A DNA stretch of 63,920 nt, counting the filler, from Octopus bimaculoides (taxonomy: Eukaryota), in assembly GCF_001194135.2 (NCBI RefSeq). It is 6 parts of 5 records of this genome, joined end to end, with 100 filler letters (N's around TTAATTAATTAA, not from the genome) between each part and the next. Parts side by side here need not be neighbours in the genome. Positions count along the whole stretch, not along the records: positions 62,644 to 63,920 come from NW_026301522.1; 5 more parts are not named here. The stretch is one strand, 5' to 3'. The notes under the pieces are model-generated. The model saw nothing but the letters and a program-made list of their open reading frames with translations, made no database searches and was not told the origin of the DNA. The position numbers and the translations under genes are program-made. Positions 63,014-63,920 of this stretch are shown one piece after another (the stretch's first letter is position 1; each line of letters opens with the position of its first letter).

Positions 63014-63172
63014 ATTTATTTAACACATGAGCGAGGGATGAGGGGGGACAATACAAATGGTAATAACATAAATAACAACTCAAAAACAAAAAAAATAATA
63101 ATAATGAATATTAATATTTATAACACAACAGCATTAATAATATCAAAAATAATAGTAGTAATAATGATAATA

Positions 63173-63260
<88 letters not shown>

Positions 63261-63475
63261 TAATAATAATCAACATTAATAATATCAATGATGATGATAC
63301 TACTACTATTACTGCCGCTGCTGCTGCTGCTGCTGCTGCTACTATTACTACTGCTACTAAATAATAATAACAATGATTCTACGACCGCACAGCCGCCGCC
63401 GCTGCCGCCAACAACTGCAGCAGCAACAACAAAATAATAATGATAATAATAATGATGATGATAATAATAATGATG

Positions 63476-63546
<71 letters not shown>

Positions 63547-63599
63547 GATAATAATAATGGTAATAATAAAGATGATAATAATAATAATATTAAGAATGA

Positions 63600-63659
<60 letters not shown>

Positions 63660-63670
63660 TAATAATAATC
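62940..63670. repeat. Compound (AAT)n/(GAT)n/(GCT)n/(CAG)n microsatellite field
   Basis: Directly visible. Confidence 0.95.
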
Positions 63671-63920
63671 TAAATGGAATAAAAATGCCAAGAAGTAAAT
63701 AAAGCTTTCTAAAGCTTCGAAGAAATGTGTTTTGCAACTAATGACATTGGAACATCAGATTGGTAAAGAAGTCTTGGATTTATTAGTTACGTTTGTTACA
63801 TTTTTATTTTATTTATTCCGTATTTATTTTGTTATTTCTTGTTATTTATGTAATTTTAGTGATTTTTGTTCTGTTTGCTTTGTTTTTTTTTTGTTTTTAT
63901 ATGTTGTTGTTGTCATATAT

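Noticed and set aside
62852-63737. Poly-Asn/Ile/Gln ORFs
   Set aside because: Pure trinucleotide microsatellite translations without splice or domain evidence
1-63920. CRISPR arrays, rRNA or genuine tRNA genes
   Set aside because: There is no repeat-spacer periodicity or rRNA motif. All tRNA-like heads continue into SINE bodies and lack a complete cloverleaf.

Overview
AT-rich animal genomic scaffold with roughly 9% N gaps and very dense (TA)n/(CA)n/(TATG)n/(TAA)n/(CAT)n microsatellites. The repeat landscape suggests a coleoid cephalopod, probably Octopus (inference). I recognise no host protein-coding exon, intact RNA gene or CRISPR array; nearly all ORF-track entries are microsatellite or N-gap artefacts. 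The window is a transposon graveyard. It holds (i) a co-oriented cluster of at least six R4/Dong-clade RLE non-LTR retrotransposon segments (25.2-36.8 kb, all minus strand) separated by trinucleotide microsatellites; (ii) Penelope-like (PLE) remnants with RT and GIY-YIG, plus an RT-less GIY-YIG reading frame with a Pro/Ser/Thr-rich N-terminus; (iii) RTE and CR1-type LINE 3' ends; (iv) Chapaev3-like, pogo/Tigger and mariner DNA transposon remnants and MITEs; (v) three tRNA-derived SINE families; and (vi) many fold-back or inverted-repeat structures from 20 bp to about 410 bp per arm. All protein assignments come from manual translation and motif recognition, not database searches. Boundaries are approximate.
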